Shown here one piece after another: positions 10,687 through 20,566 of a stretch of DNA of 64,000 bases. The stretch's first letter is position 1. Each line of letters begins with the position of its first letter. The position numbers and the translations under genes are program-made. Source of the DNA: Chloroflexota bacterium (GTDB lineage Bacteria; Chloroflexota; Anaerolineae; Aggregatilineales; Phototrophicaceae); the NCBI GenBank assembly GCA_026706445.1, contig JAPOYT010000174.1, positions 5,445 to 69,444 of the forward strand, in the 5' to 3' direction. Under the pieces are notes generated by a model. The model searched no databases, was not told the DNA's origin, and saw nothing but the letters and a program-made list of their open reading frames with translations.

Positions 10687-10817
10687 GGCGATCGCCCGAC
10701 GAAAGCGCTTGCGGCAGATGATTGTAGGGGCGTTTGACCCGCAGTGGCTACGCGCAGCGCCGCAATGGCCGTTTGCGCTGTCGTAAGTCTATAGGCTTTG
10801 TCCCATAACAGGTGTGT

Positions 10818-10846
10818 GTAGGGGCGAGCCGCCGGCTCGCCCCTAC
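10818..10846. repeat. REP-like GC-rich palindrome (13-bp stem)
   Basis: GTAGGGGCGAGCC-gcc-GGCTCGCCCCTAC. It is related to the palindromes at 16598 and 28908 and to the 5' part of the long repeats. It lies in the SBP-sulfatase intergenic region. Confidence 0.7.
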
Positions 10847-10873
10847 AATTCTCAAGGACTTAGGAACAGCCTA

Positions 10874-12283
10874 GTGAACCGCCGGCGTCCCAATATTCTC
10901 TTTCTAATGAGCGACCAACACCGCCCCGATGTTGTCGGTTACCAGGGCGATTCCGTCGTGCGAACGCCGGTGCTCGATGAGCTCGCGCGTACGGGCGTCG
11001 CCTTCAACAACGCCTATACGCCCGCCCCGATCTGCATCCCGGCGCGGCAGAGCATGGCCGCCGGTCAACTGCCGCGGACCTGCGGCTGCGAAGTTTTCGG
11101 CGATGACCTGGCGCCGGGCCACATGACCTTCGCCCGGCGCCTTTCCCAATATGGTTACGCCACCGTCGCCTGCGGCAAACTGCATCACAGCGGTACCGAT
11201 CAGATGCAGGGCTGGACGCGCCGCATCGGCGACGGCATGAGCGTGCGGCATGATTATATCGAGGGGCGCGACCTCGAAGCCTTTCGCGATCTGCCCCTCG
11301 CCACCGAGCACAAATGGTCGCAGGCGAAAGAAGTCAGGCGCGCCGGCATCGGCCGCGGTCCCATCATCGGGCACGACGAATACACCCTCGACGGCGCCTT
11401 GCGCTTTGTGGAAAGCTTCTTCGCCGCCCCCTATTATGACCGCGCCACGCCAACGCGCCCGTTGATGCTGATGGTGAGCTTCGTCCGGCCGCACGTACCC
11501 TTCCTCACCTCGCGCGAAAAGTTCACATACTACCTGAATCGCGTCACCCCCTACCTGGACGAGACCGCTTTCGATCATCCCTTCCTTGGCAGTATGGCGG
11601 TCGAGCCAGGAGTAGATGTCAGCGAGCGTGAAATCCGGCGCGCGACGGCAGCCTATTATGGCATGGTCGAGGGTATCGACGAGGATTACGGGGTGGTGCT
11701 GGCGGCGCTGGAGCATGTCGGCCAGAATCTGGACGACTGGATTATCATCTACACCAGCGATCACGGCGAGATGCTGGGCGAGCACCGGCTTTGGGAAAAG
11801 TCCAAGTTTTTCGAGGGCAGCGTCAAGGTTCCACTGATCATCCGCCTGCCCGGCGGCGCTAACGCGGGAAGAGTCGTTGAAGAAAACGTCAACTTATGCG
11901 ATCTCTTCGCCACCATCTGTGAGTTGACCGATGCGCCCACCGTCGATGGCCTCGACAGCCGCAGCCTCGTTCCCTTGCTCCACGGTGACAGCGCGAACTG
12001 GAACAACGAAACGGTGTCGCATTTTGGCGGCATCTTTCTCGGCCACGAGGATGAATTCGAACGCTTCGGAAACTTGATGATCAAGCGCGATCATCTGAAA
12101 TATCAGTATTATGGACCTGAGATGCCGGAAGCGCTGTTTGACCTGGAGGCCAACCCGGCGGAAACCGTCGATTTCATTTCAGATCTTCGTTATAAGGCTG
12201 CGCTCGCCGAATTCCGCCGGCGCCGCGATGAATTGGGCTACGGACCGAATGCCGTCCCCAATTACAGAAACGCGGGCTATTAG
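10874..12283 (+). CDS. Sulfatase (formylglycine-dependent arylsulfatase family), apparently cytoplasmic
   Basis: Shows the NILFLMSDQHRPD metal-binding N-terminus and a CxPxR motif (PICIPAR), plus YTSDHGEMLGEH. I chose the GTG at 10874 (AGGAA 7 nt upstream) because the longer ORF start at 10814 runs through the palindrome. No signal peptide is visible. Confidence 0.8.
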   Translation: MNRRRPNILFLMSDQHRPDVVGYQGDSVVRTPVLDELARTGVAFNNAYTPAPICIPARQSMAAGQLPRTCGCEVFGDDLAPGHMTFARRLSQYGYATVACGKLHHSGTDQMQGWTRRIGDGMSVRHDYIEGRDLEAFRDLPLATEHKWSQAKEVRRAGIGRGPIIGHDEYTLDGALRFVESFFAAPYYDRATPTRPLMLMVSFVRPHVPFLTSREKFTYYLNRVTPYLDETAFDHPFLGSMAVEPGVDVSEREIRRATAAYYGMVEGIDEDYGVVLAALEHVGQNLDDWIIIYTSDHGEMLGEHRLWEKSKFFEGSVKVPLIIRLPGGANAGRVVEENVNLCDLFATICELTDAPTVDGLDSRSLVPLLHGDSANWNNETVSHFGGIFLGHEDEFERFGNLMIKRDHLKYQYYGPEMPEALFDLEANPAETVDFISDLRYKAALAEFRRRRDELGYGPNAVPNYRNAGY

Positions 12284-12314
12284 CATGCTTTTAATCTCGA
12301 GGATAGCCTGACCA

Positions 12315-13292
12315 ATGATTTGGTACATTGGGCGCCGGATTCTCTATCTCATCCCCACGCTGATTGTCGTCTCGATCATCGCTTTCCTGGTGATTCAGTT
12401 GCCGCCGGGCGATTTCCTCGCCTCTCTCATCAGCAAAGCCGAAGAAACGATTGATCAAGCCCAGGTTGACGCTTTGCGCGAACGCTATGGCTTGGACGAG
12501 CCCATTTATGTTCAATACTGGAAATGGGTTAGCGGCATTGTCGCGCGAGGCGACTTCGGCGATTCCTTCGAGTGGAATCGGCCCGTCAGCGACCTGATCT
12601 GGGAGCGGCTCGGCTTAACGATGGTGATATCGCTGTTTACGCTCGTGTTTATCTGGGTCGTGGCGATTCCGATCGGCATTTATTCAGCGGTGAAACAATA
12701 CACCATCGGCGATTATCTGGTGACAGTCGTCGGATTCATCGGTCTGGCGATACCGAATTTCCTCTTGGCGCTGGTGCTAATGTACATCGCCTTCCGCTAT
12801 TTTGGGCAAAGCGTCGGCGGCTTATTCTCTCCTGAATATATCGACGCCGATTGGACGCTGGAGCGCGCGCTCGATATGCTCAGCCACATCTGGCTGCCGG
12901 TCGTCATTCTCGGTACCTCGGGCACGGCGGCGCTGATTCGCGTGATGCGCGCCAACCTGCTCGACGAATTGTCCAAGCTCTATGTCGATGCCGCGCGCGC
13001 GCGCGGCTTGTCGGAGTTGCGGCTGCTATTCAAGTATCCGGTGCGGGTCGCGCTGAATCCGCTGGTGAGCGCCGTCGCTTGGGTCTTCCCGGCGCTGGTG
13101 TCCGGCTCCGCAATCACCTCTATCGTGCTGAATCTTCAAACGACGGGCCCACTGCTTTATCGCTCGCTGCAAGCGCAAGACATGTACCTCGCGGGCAGCC
13201 TGATTCTGCTGGTCAGCATCCTCACCATCATCGGCACGCTGGTGTCGGATATTTTGCTCGCCTGGATCGATCCCAGGATTCAACTCCAATGA
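12315..13292 (+). CDS. ABC transporter permease (DppB/OppB-like)
   Basis: 325 aa with about 6 TM segments. It has the typical N-terminus (RRILYLIPTLIVVSIIAFLVIQLPPGD) and an EAA-like loop (YVDAARARGLSELRLLFKYPVRVAL). Confidence 0.85.
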   Translation: MIWYIGRRILYLIPTLIVVSIIAFLVIQLPPGDFLASLISKAEETIDQAQVDALRERYGLDEPIYVQYWKWVSGIVARGDFGDSFEWNRPVSDLIWERLGLTMVISLFTLVFIWVVAIPIGIYSAVKQYTIGDYLVTVVGFIGLAIPNFLLALVLMYIAFRYFGQSVGGLFSPEYIDADWTLERALDMLSHIWLPVVILGTSGTAALIRVMRANLLDELSKLYVDAARARGLSELRLLFKYPVRVALNPLVSAVAWVFPALVSGSAITSIVLNLQTTGPLLYRSLQAQDMYLAGSLILLVSILTIIGTLVSDILLAWIDPRIQLQ

Positions 13293-14440
13293 GCCAGGCT
13301 CATGCAAAGCTCCCGGAAGATGCGCCGTCCGCCGACGCTCGCGGCGAAGCGCGAGTGGTGGTCGCCAATCAATGGCAGCTTATATGGTGGAAGTTCCGCA
13401 AACACCGACTGGCGATGTTCGCCGGCGCCGTGACAATTTTCTTATACGCGGTCGCCGTTTTCGCCGAGTTCTTCGCGCCCTACGCGGCGGGGACTTATAG
13501 CGCGGCGCATATCTTCATCCCGCCGCAAAGCATCAAACTCATTCAGCAGACCGAAGCCGGTCCGCGCTTCTACCCCCACATTAACGGCTTCAAAGTGCAA
13601 GTGGATCCCGAGTCCTACAAACGCACTTACGTGATTGACGAGTCTATTATCTATCCCGTGGGGCTATTCGTCCGCGGCGAGGAATACGAACTGTGGGGCT
13701 TGTTCACCACCGACCTGCATCTGATCGGGGCGGCGCGCTTCGGCGATCCCGTTTACCTCCTGGGGACGGATCGCCTGGGCCGCGATGTGCTGAGCCGGAC
13801 GATATACGGCACGCGCGTGTCGATGTCAGTGGGGCTGGTCGGCGTTGGTTTGAGCTTGCTGCTGGGCGTCATTCTGGGCGGCATCTCCGGTTATTATGGC
13901 GGCATGATCGACAACTTGATCCAGCGAACGATTGAGATCCTGCGCTCATTGCCGACGATACCATTGTGGATGGGTCTCTCGGCTGCCATTCCGCTGACTT
14001 GGCCACCGGTGCGCGTCTATTTTGCCATTACTGTGCTTCTGTCGCTGATTGGCTGGACGACGCTGGCGCGCGAGGTGCGCGGTCGCTTTCTCTCGCTGAA
14101 GACTGAAGACTTCGTCATCGCCGCCCGTCTGGATGGCGTCCGCGAAATGCAGATCATCGTCCGTCACATGGCGCCTTCGATGACCAGCCATATCATCGCC
14201 TCGGTCACGCTGGCGATACCGGGCATGATCTTGGCGGAAACGGCGCTCAGCTTCCTTGGCATCGGGTTGCGGCCGCCAGTGGTCAGTTGGGGCGTGCTGC
14301 TGCAAGAGGCGCAGAATGTGCGCTCCATTGCGACAGCGCCTTGGCTGCTCTTCCCCGGGGTCGCCGTGGTCACGGCGGTATTGGCGATGAATTTTCTGGG
14401 AGATGGATTGAGAGATGCAGCCGACCCCTACCAGGCTTGA
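13289..14440 (+). CDS. ABC transporter permease (DppC/OppC-like)
   Basis: The ATG at 13289 overlaps the upstream stop (ATGA). Motifs include LGTDRLGRDVLSR and an EAA loop (EDFVIAARLDGVREMQIIVRHMAP). The listed 12851 start is an out-of-context extension overlapping the previous gene. Confidence 0.85.
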   Translation: MSQAHAKLPEDAPSADARGEARVVVANQWQLIWWKFRKHRLAMFAGAVTIFLYAVAVFAEFFAPYAAGTYSAAHIFIPPQSIKLIQQTEAGPRFYPHINGFKVQVDPESYKRTYVIDESIIYPVGLFVRGEEYELWGLFTTDLHLIGAARFGDPVYLLGTDRLGRDVLSRTIYGTRVSMSVGLVGVGLSLLLGVILGGISGYYGGMIDNLIQRTIEILRSLPTIPLWMGLSAAIPLTWPPVRVYFAITVLLSLIGWTTLAREVRGRFLSLKTEDFVIAARLDGVREMQIIVRHMAPSMTSHIIASVTLAIPGMILAETALSFLGIGLRPPVVSWGVLLQEAQNVRSIATAPWLLFPGVAVVTAVLAMNFLGDGLRDAADPYQA

Positions 14441-14456
14441 TTCAGCCGCTGACGCC

Positions 14457-15497
14457 ATGAGCGGCGCAAACGAAACCTTGCTCCAAGTCAGGGATGTCAA
14501 GACGCATTTCTTCACCGATGAAGGTGTGGTCAAGGCAGTTGACGGGGTGAATCTCTCGCTGAAGCGGGGCCAGACGCTCTGCGTCGTCGGCGAATCCGGC
14601 TGCGGCAAATCGGTGACGGCGCGCTCGATACTGCGCATCGTGCCAGCGCCGGGCAGAATCGTCTCCGGCGAAATCAACTTCCAGCAGCGCAACGGCGCAA
14701 TGATCGATCTGGCGCAGACGAACCCCAAAGGGCGCGCGATTCGGCACATCCGCGGACGCGAAATCAGCATGATCTTCCAGGAGCCCATGTCCTCGCTGAG
14801 CCCGGTGCATACCATCGGCAGTCAAATCATGGAGGCGATTCTGTTGCACTTGCCGGTGACCAGGCAGGAAGCGCGCAAACGAGCGGTTTCCATGCTCGAG
14901 CTGGTCGGCATTCCGCGGGCGGGCGAACAGCTCGATGCCTATTCATTTGAGCTATCGGGCGGGATGCGCCAGCGGGCGATGATTGCGATTGCGCTGGCTT
15001 GCGAACCGCAGTTGTTGATCGCCGATGAGCCGACTACCGCCCTGGATGTGACGACGCAAGCGAATATCCTCGACCTGATACGAGACTTGCAGCAGGCCAG
15101 CGGCATGTCCGTGCTCTTTATCACACATGATCTTGGCGTTGTCGCCGAAATTGCGGACGAAGTTGTCGTCATGTATCTCGGACGCGATGTGGAAAGCGGG
15201 CCGGTAGATGCCATATTCCACGATCCGAAGCATCCTTATACGCGAGCGCTGCTGCAGTCGATACCGCGCTACGGCAGCCGCGACCGAGACAGATTGTATT
15301 CCTTGAAGGGAACGGTTCCCCATCCCTTTGATCGACCGAGCGGCTGCCCCTTTCATCCGCGCTGCGATGAATTCATCCAGGAGCGATGCAATACGGTAGA
15401 CCCGGATCGCTATGCCGCTGGCTCAGCGCAAAGTGTCCGTTGCCTGCTTTATTCGCCCGATGCAGACCTGTATGCCAAAGAGGATTCAAAGCCTTGA
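14457..15497 (+). CDS. ABC transporter ATP-binding protein (DppD/OppD-like)
   Basis: Walker A is GESGCGKS, the signature is LSGGMRQR, Walker B is [12 protein letters not shown], and a C-terminal oligopeptide-type extension contains CPFHPRC. A start at 14415 is also possible. Confidence 0.85.
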   Translation: MSGANETLLQVRDVKTHFFTDEGVVKAVDGVNLSLKRGQTLCVVGESGCGKSVTARSILRIVPAPGRIVSGEINFQQRNGAMIDLAQTNPKGRAIRHIRGREISMIFQEPMSSLSPVHTIGSQIMEAILLHLPVTRQEARKRAVSMLELVGIPRAGEQLDAYSFELSGGMRQRAMIAIALACEPQLLIADEPTTALDVTTQANILDLIRDLQQASGMSVLFITHDLGVVAEIADEVVVMYLGRDVESGPVDAIFHDPKHPYTRALLQSIPRYGSRDRDRLYSLKGTVPHPFDRPSGCPFHPRCDEFIQERCNTVDPDRYAAGSAQSVRCLLYSPDADLYAKEDSKP

Positions 15498-15499
15498 GC

Positions 15500-16567
15500 A
15501 TGGATTTTGACGCGAACAAGACGGCTGACAGCGCGCGCCCGCTCTTGGAAGTGCGCAACCTTCACATGCAGTTTCCCATCAAACGGGGGCTGCTGCGGCG
15601 GACGGTCGGTTTCGTGAGCGCTGTAAATGATGTCAGCTTCAGCATCCGTCCCGGCGAGACTTTAAGCCTGGTGGGCGAATCCGGCTGCGGCAAGACGACC
15701 ACGGGCCGCTGCATCGCGCGCGTCTACAGCCCCTCGTCGGGACAGATCCTGTATCAGCTGGACGAGCGCGAATCCGTCGACCTGGCGCAATTCGACAACC
15801 GCGAACTGCGTCCATTTCGGCGCGAGATTCGCATGATTTTCCAGGACCCCTTTTCTTCACTGAATCCGCGCTTGCCCATTCTTCAAATCGTCGGCGAGCC
15901 GCTCAGAGCCAATCGCGTCGCCAGCGGATCGGAGTTGGAAGACCGCGTTGCGACGCTTTTGCGCCGTGTTGGGCTGCGCCCCGAATATATTCGGCGCTAT
16001 CCGCATGCTTTCAGCGGCGGCGAGCGCCAACGGATCGGCATTGCGCGCGCCCTCGCCTTGAATCCCCGCCTGATCGTCGCCGACGAAGCGGTGTCCGCCC
16101 TGGATGTATCGGTGCAAGCGCAAATACTGAACTTATTGCAAGATCTTCAGGAAGAGTTCAAGCTGACCTATTTGTTCATCGCCCATGACCTCAGCGTCGT
16201 CGAGCATATCAGCCATCGCGTCGCCGTGATGTATGTCGGCAAGATTGTCGAACTCGCGCAGGCCGACGAACTCTTTGCCAATCCGCTGCACCCATATACG
16301 GAAGCGCTGCTCTCGGCTGTGCCCAAGCCCGATCCGCGCCTGCGTAACAAGGGCGCGCGTATCCGCCTGGAGGGCGAAGTCGCCGATCCAAGCGATCCGC
16401 CAAGCGGCTGTTATTTTCACCCGCGCTGCCCCTACGCCCAGGACCGCTGCTGGCATGAAGAACCGCCCGTCCGCGAGATCGGCGCTGATCATTGGGTGGC
16501 TTGTCATTTCGCCGACGAGCTTGAGCTGCGCGGCTTCGAAGCGATCGGCGCGGCGAGGGATGCCTGA
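15500..16567 (+). CDS. ABC transporter ATP-binding protein (DppF/OppF-like)
   Basis: The ATG at 15500 lies 3 nt after the upstream stop. Walker A is GESGCGKT, the signature is FSGGERQR, Walker B is [12 protein letters not shown], and the C-terminal part contains GCYFHPRCP. Confidence 0.85.
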   Translation: MDFDANKTADSARPLLEVRNLHMQFPIKRGLLRRTVGFVSAVNDVSFSIRPGETLSLVGESGCGKTTTGRCIARVYSPSSGQILYQLDERESVDLAQFDNRELRPFRREIRMIFQDPFSSLNPRLPILQIVGEPLRANRVASGSELEDRVATLLRRVGLRPEYIRRYPHAFSGGERQRIGIARALALNPRLIVADEAVSALDVSVQAQILNLLQDLQEEFKLTYLFIAHDLSVVEHISHRVAVMYVGKIVELAQADELFANPLHPYTEALLSAVPKPDPRLRNKGARIRLEGEVADPSDPPSGCYFHPRCPYAQDRCWHEEPPVREIGADHWVACHFADELELRGFEAIGAARDA

Positions 16568-16597
16568 TGAGCCAAGCCTCTCAATACATACCGGCTT

Positions 16598-16624
16598 GTA
16601 GGGGCGAGGCGGTGACTCGCCCAC
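16598..16624. repeat. REP-like palindrome, possibly also a terminator for the ABC genes
   Basis: GTAGGGGCGAG-gcggtga-CTCGCCCAC, 31 nt after the oppF-like stop. It is the reverse complement of the copy at 28908. Confidence 0.6.
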
Positions 16625-16687
16625 TCATGAAATAGATTTCCAATCAGTTATCGTAGGATTAGCTTTGCCTGCTGAGGACTCCACAAA

Positions 16688-18763
16688 ATGCTAGAACCAT
16701 CCGATCACTTTCCAGACGATAGGGGTTCCGCCGCGCCGCTCTATTACGATCCGGCTGTTCATCTGGTCGCGAACAGCATCGATAACGGCATATTTCATTC
16801 CGCCTGGATGTCCGCCGATTATGCTGTCGCCCTGGTGGAGCGCGGTTCCCCGCAGGAAATCGAGCGCGCCCAAGCTGTAATCGACGCCGTCCTGGACTGC
16901 CAGGACATGGACCCGCGTTCGCCACACTATGGCAACTTCAGATGGGAGCGCGAAGATCTGGCGGTTGAGGACTTGAACGCCGTCCAGTTTGTGCTCGTTC
17001 GCCTGATTCCGCTGCTGCTGAATCACGCGGATCGCTTGTCAGAAGCGCTGGTTTTGCGAGTAAGGGAAGGGATCCGCCTCGGGCTCGACGAAATCCGTCG
17101 GATTGATGTTTCGCCCGTCTACTCCAACATCGTGGCGCAAGACATCACCAACTCGATTTTGGGCGGCCAGCTGCTGCGGCTGCCGGAATACAGCCAGCGT
17201 GGCTTGGCTAAATTGCGGACCTGGCTGAAGTTGATCGATCAGAGCGGCATTCCGCAGGAATACAACAGTCCAACCTACTCCTTCGTCTGCATTGAGGCGC
17301 TGCACAAGGTAGTCGCCTTATCCGAGCAGCCGGAGGCCGTCACACGGGCGCAATTGATCATCACCCGCATCGGACTGAGCGTCGCCTTGCGCATTCATCC
17401 CGCCACCGGTCGGCTCGCGCCGCCACATTGCCGCGCTTATTATCCCGCCCTCGTGTGCCAAAACCCGGCTGAAGCGAATGCGCTGTCTCAAGCGATCGCG
17501 CAGGGCAAGCTGCCCGGCTGGCTCGCGATTGTACTGAATCGGCGTCCGAAGCCCATGATGGTGACTGAAACGTCCGACGCCGGCGCCGGAACCGTCATCA
17601 GCAGCTACCTCGATACGGAGTTCAGCATTGGCGTCGCGACTGGCGAGCTGGCGACGCAATCGAACCGCTTCATCAGCAACCAGTCAAACGTCTTCTCGAT
17701 CCATTACCACCGGGAGAATGGGGCGCCGGGCGTGGTATTCTCGCGCTATTTGATCAATGACAAGTGGCTCGGCGATTACCGATCGACGCCTTCCCGCGCC
17801 AGCGATCATATCTTCCGCGATGAAGGCAGCTTCCGCGGCCTATTATCGGGAGCGCGCGCCATCGGCCTGTATACATCAGCCGAAGTTGATGCTTGGTCTC
17901 GCGTCTTCAGCGCGAAGACGGCGCTCATCTGGAATAACGCGGAAGATGTCGATGAGATTTGGGTCGGTGGATCTCGCATCGAGAGCCTGCCCGCCGATCT
18001 GCCCGAGGGCTCAGTCATCGTTGTCGGCTGCGCAAAGGTCTTTATTGTCATTCGTCCGCTCCAGCGGACCAGGCTGGGCGCCGAGGCGCCCGTCCGCATT
18101 GTCGAGCATCGCGGCAGCCTGGTGATTGAGATCTACAATTATCTCGGTCCGGCGAAGACCTTCTGGGAATTGGGCAATCCCGGCGCGTTTTTTCAAGGTG
18201 TTGTCCACAACGGATTCTACGCCGAGGCAGTGGCGAAGAGTCAATACGCCAGCGGACGAGCGGTCTATGAAGCCCATGTTGGCGGCGCCATGCGCGAAGA
18301 ACTGGACGACGCGCGTACCTTTGATGGCGAGAATCAGCGCAAATGGAGCATCAGCTATAGCCGCGATGAGCGCTCCCTGGGGATCGAAATCGATCTCATG
18401 CGCTGGCGGATCCTTCGCCGCTGGGCGGATGGCGAGGCGCTCGGCTTTCCGATGCTTTCGTCTCCCGTTGTCCGCCAGGATCGGTCGGGACAGATCGCGC
18501 TCGGCAACGCGCGCTTGCGCTGTGGCAAATCGCCGGCCTGGCTGCTGGCCATGCCAGAGGCGGAGCTTTGGGTCGCCGCTTATCACGGACCGGAAGCGGC
18601 AGAATTTGCGCTTGAGCTGCCGGACGGTCAGGTTCGGATCAAAGAATTGGAAGCGGGCACGGTAGTCTGGGACAAGCGGCAGGTGACGATTGACGCGATC
18701 GGTCTGCGAGGCGCGCCGGAGATTTCAGGCGCGAGCGAGTCAAAAATCATCGGCAGCGGATAG
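16688..18763 (+). CDS. Hypothetical 691-aa protein, no signal peptide; possibly a glycan-processing enzyme (unverified)
   Basis: Long uninterrupted ORF with a GAGGA ribosome-binding site, directly downstream of the ABC/sulfatase genes on the same strand. I recognise no family motif. The N-terminal third looks helix-rich and the C-terminal part looks beta-rich. Confidence 0.6.
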   Translation: MLEPSDHFPDDRGSAAPLYYDPAVHLVANSIDNGIFHSAWMSADYAVALVERGSPQEIERAQAVIDAVLDCQDMDPRSPHYGNFRWEREDLAVEDLNAVQFVLVRLIPLLLNHADRLSEALVLRVREGIRLGLDEIRRIDVSPVYSNIVAQDITNSILGGQLLRLPEYSQRGLAKLRTWLKLIDQSGIPQEYNSPTYSFVCIEALHKVVALSEQPEAVTRAQLIITRIGLSVALRIHPATGRLAPPHCRAYYPALVCQNPAEANALSQAIAQGKLPGWLAIVLNRRPKPMMVTETSDAGAGTVISSYLDTEFSIGVATGELATQSNRFISNQSNVFSIHYHRENGAPGVVFSRYLINDKWLGDYRSTPSRASDHIFRDEGSFRGLLSGARAIGLYTSAEVDAWSRVFSAKTALIWNNAEDVDEIWVGGSRIESLPADLPEGSVIVVGCAKVFIVIRPLQRTRLGAEAPVRIVEHRGSLVIEIYNYLGPAKTFWELGNPGAFFQGVVHNGFYAEAVAKSQYASGRAVYEAHVGGAMREELDDARTFDGENQRKWSISYSRDERSLGIEIDLMRWRILRRWADGEALGFPMLSSPVVRQDRSGQIALGNARLRCGKSPAWLLAMPEAELWVAAYHGPEAAEFALELPDGQVRIKELEAGTVVWDKRQVTIDAIGLRGAPEISGASESKIIGSG

Positions 18764-18918
18764 GGCGGGGCGACCGGTGAAAATCCAGTGACGATTGCAG
18801 TGGAACCGTGCCGAACTTACAATCTGAACATCATATTGAGCCGGCGATGCATTAATCTATCCCGACCGGAATACCAGTATTGCTGCAGCGCGTTGAGTCG
18901 CGCGGATTGGATTGCTGA

Positions 18919-20517
18919 ATGGCGCGCAACAAGCTCATATCGCTCGCGGTTAGCGCGGAACTGATCCCGGATCACGCGGTGGTTTCGGTGAGCTCGTCCA
19001 GCGGTCTGGGCTGCCCCGACGCGACCTTGAAGGCAATTGGCGAACGCTTCGAATCAACGGGCGGACCGCGAGATATCACGACGATTCATCCCATCGCGGC
19101 CGGCGATATGTATGGCATTGACGGCATCGATCATATCGCCCGGAAAGGTCTGCTCAAGCGCGTTATCGCCGGTTCCTTTCCCAGCGGTCCCTCATCAAGA
19201 GAATCGCCGCGAATCTGGCAGATGATTCATGACAACGAGGTCGAAGCCTATAATCTGCCCAGCGGTATTATCTTCCACATGCAGCGGGAGGCGGCCGCGA
19301 AACGCCCCGGCGTCTTGACGAAGACCGGGTGGGATACTGTCGTCGATCCGATCCATCGCGGCGGCAAGATGAACCGGGTCACGGTAGAAGACATCGTTTC
19401 CCGCGTCGAATTTGACGGCGATGAATGGCTCTACTACAAATCGATAGCGGTTGACGTCGCCATCATTCGCGCGACAAGCGCCGATGCCAAGGGCAACCTG
19501 TCAATGGAGCGCGAAGGCGCTTACTTGGGCGCGCTGGACCAGGCCTTGGCGGCGCGCAACAACGGCGGCTTGGTCATCGCCCAGGTCAAGCACATCGCCT
19601 CGGACGAGGGTTTGCCGCCGCAGTCCATTCGCGTGCCCGGCACATTGGTCGATTACATCGTGCTCGATCCTGAGCAAATGCAGACCACGCAAACAGCTTA
19701 TGATCCCGCCATTAGCGGCGAATCAGCCCGCCCGTTGACCAGCTTCGCGCCGGTGGAATGGGGCGTCTCCAAAGTCATCGCCAGGCGCGCCGCCATGACC
19801 TTGCGAGCGGGCGAAACGGTAAATCTGGGTTTCGGCATTTCCGCGCTTGTGCCTTATATATTGCTGGAAGAAGGCCTGCATGGCGCGGTCACCTGGGTTA
19901 TCGAGCAAGGCGCGGTCGGCGGGCTTCCCCTGCAGGATTTTCAGTTTGGCTGCGCGTCTAACCTCGAAGCGATTGTCCCATCCCCCGATCAATTCACCTA
20001 CTTTCAAGGCGGCGGCTTTGACCGCACGCTGCTTTCATTTATGGAAGTGGACGCCTCCGGCAGCGTCAATGTCTCGCGCCTGGCGGCAAAGCCTCATGTA
20101 ACGGCCGGCATTGGCGGCTTTATCGATATCACAGCGCGGGCGAAGCATATCGTCTTCAGCAGCTATTTCACCGCCGGCGGCCTCAAGCTCGATATCGTCA
20201 ACGGAAAACTCAAGATCTTGCAAGAAGGGCGCTTCAAGAAATTCGTGCCGCGCATTGAAGAAGTCACCTTCAGCGGCCGCCGCGCGCGCGCGACGAGCCA
20301 GCAGGTGACCTACGTAACCGAACGCTGCGTTCTGCACTTGGGAAGCGAGGGCTTAGTCGTCTCCGAGGTGGCGCCCGGTCTTCGCTTGCAGGAGGATGTT
20401 CTTGACCAGGCGGAGATACCGCTGGCGGTAAGTCCGCAGCTGCGCGAAATGGACGCGCGCCTTTTTGCGCCGCAGCCAATGCAGCTTGATCTGGAAGGCA
20501 AGAGCCGGCTGCGGTGA
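18919..20517 (+). CDS. Acyl-CoA:acetate/3-ketoacid CoA-transferase (family I, fused alpha-beta, YdiF-like)
   Basis: 532 aa, the same size as fused YdiF-type enzymes. The N-terminus (KLISLAVSAELIPDHAVVSVSSSSG) and blocks such as ADAKGNLSME and WVIEQGAVGG fit family I CoA-transferases. Confidence 0.7.
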   Translation: MARNKLISLAVSAELIPDHAVVSVSSSSGLGCPDATLKAIGERFESTGGPRDITTIHPIAAGDMYGIDGIDHIARKGLLKRVIAGSFPSGPSSRESPRIWQMIHDNEVEAYNLPSGIIFHMQREAAAKRPGVLTKTGWDTVVDPIHRGGKMNRVTVEDIVSRVEFDGDEWLYYKSIAVDVAIIRATSADAKGNLSMEREGAYLGALDQALAARNNGGLVIAQVKHIASDEGLPPQSIRVPGTLVDYIVLDPEQMQTTQTAYDPAISGESARPLTSFAPVEWGVSKVIARRAAMTLRAGETVNLGFGISALVPYILLEEGLHGAVTWVIEQGAVGGLPLQDFQFGCASNLEAIVPSPDQFTYFQGGGFDRTLLSFMEVDASGSVNVSRLAAKPHVTAGIGGFIDITARAKHIVFSSYFTAGGLKLDIVNGKLKILQEGRFKKFVPRIEEVTFSGRRARATSQQVTYVTERCVLHLGSEGLVVSEVAPGLRLQEDVLDQAEIPLAVSPQLREMDARLFAPQPMQLDLEGKSRLR

Positions 20518-20566
20518 TCACACGCACAAACGGACGCTGAGCAGCGAAATCGCCAGCGCCAAAAGT

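Noticed and set aside
12851-13288. N-terminal 146-aa extension of the second permease ORF. Similar upstream extensions occur at 8704, 10814, 14415, 15386, 37700, 45032, 50542, 50541 and 62984.
   Set aside because: The extensions overlap upstream genes, palindromes or promoters and lack family similarity. Internal starts have ribosome-binding sites and give canonical N-termini.
18776-18786. GGTGAAAATCC string downstream of the 691-aa gene, reminiscent of a cobalamin riboswitch core
   Set aside because: The other conserved cobalamin-riboswitch elements (the B12 box and the CCCGCCACTG-type segment) are not present nearby. The downstream gene, a CoA-transferase, is not B12-related.
20518-20566. 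Apparent direct abutment of the kinase ORF stop with the CoA-transferase stop
   Set aside because: This is an artefact of reading through in the wrong frame after the frameshift. The authentic C-terminus ends at 20567.
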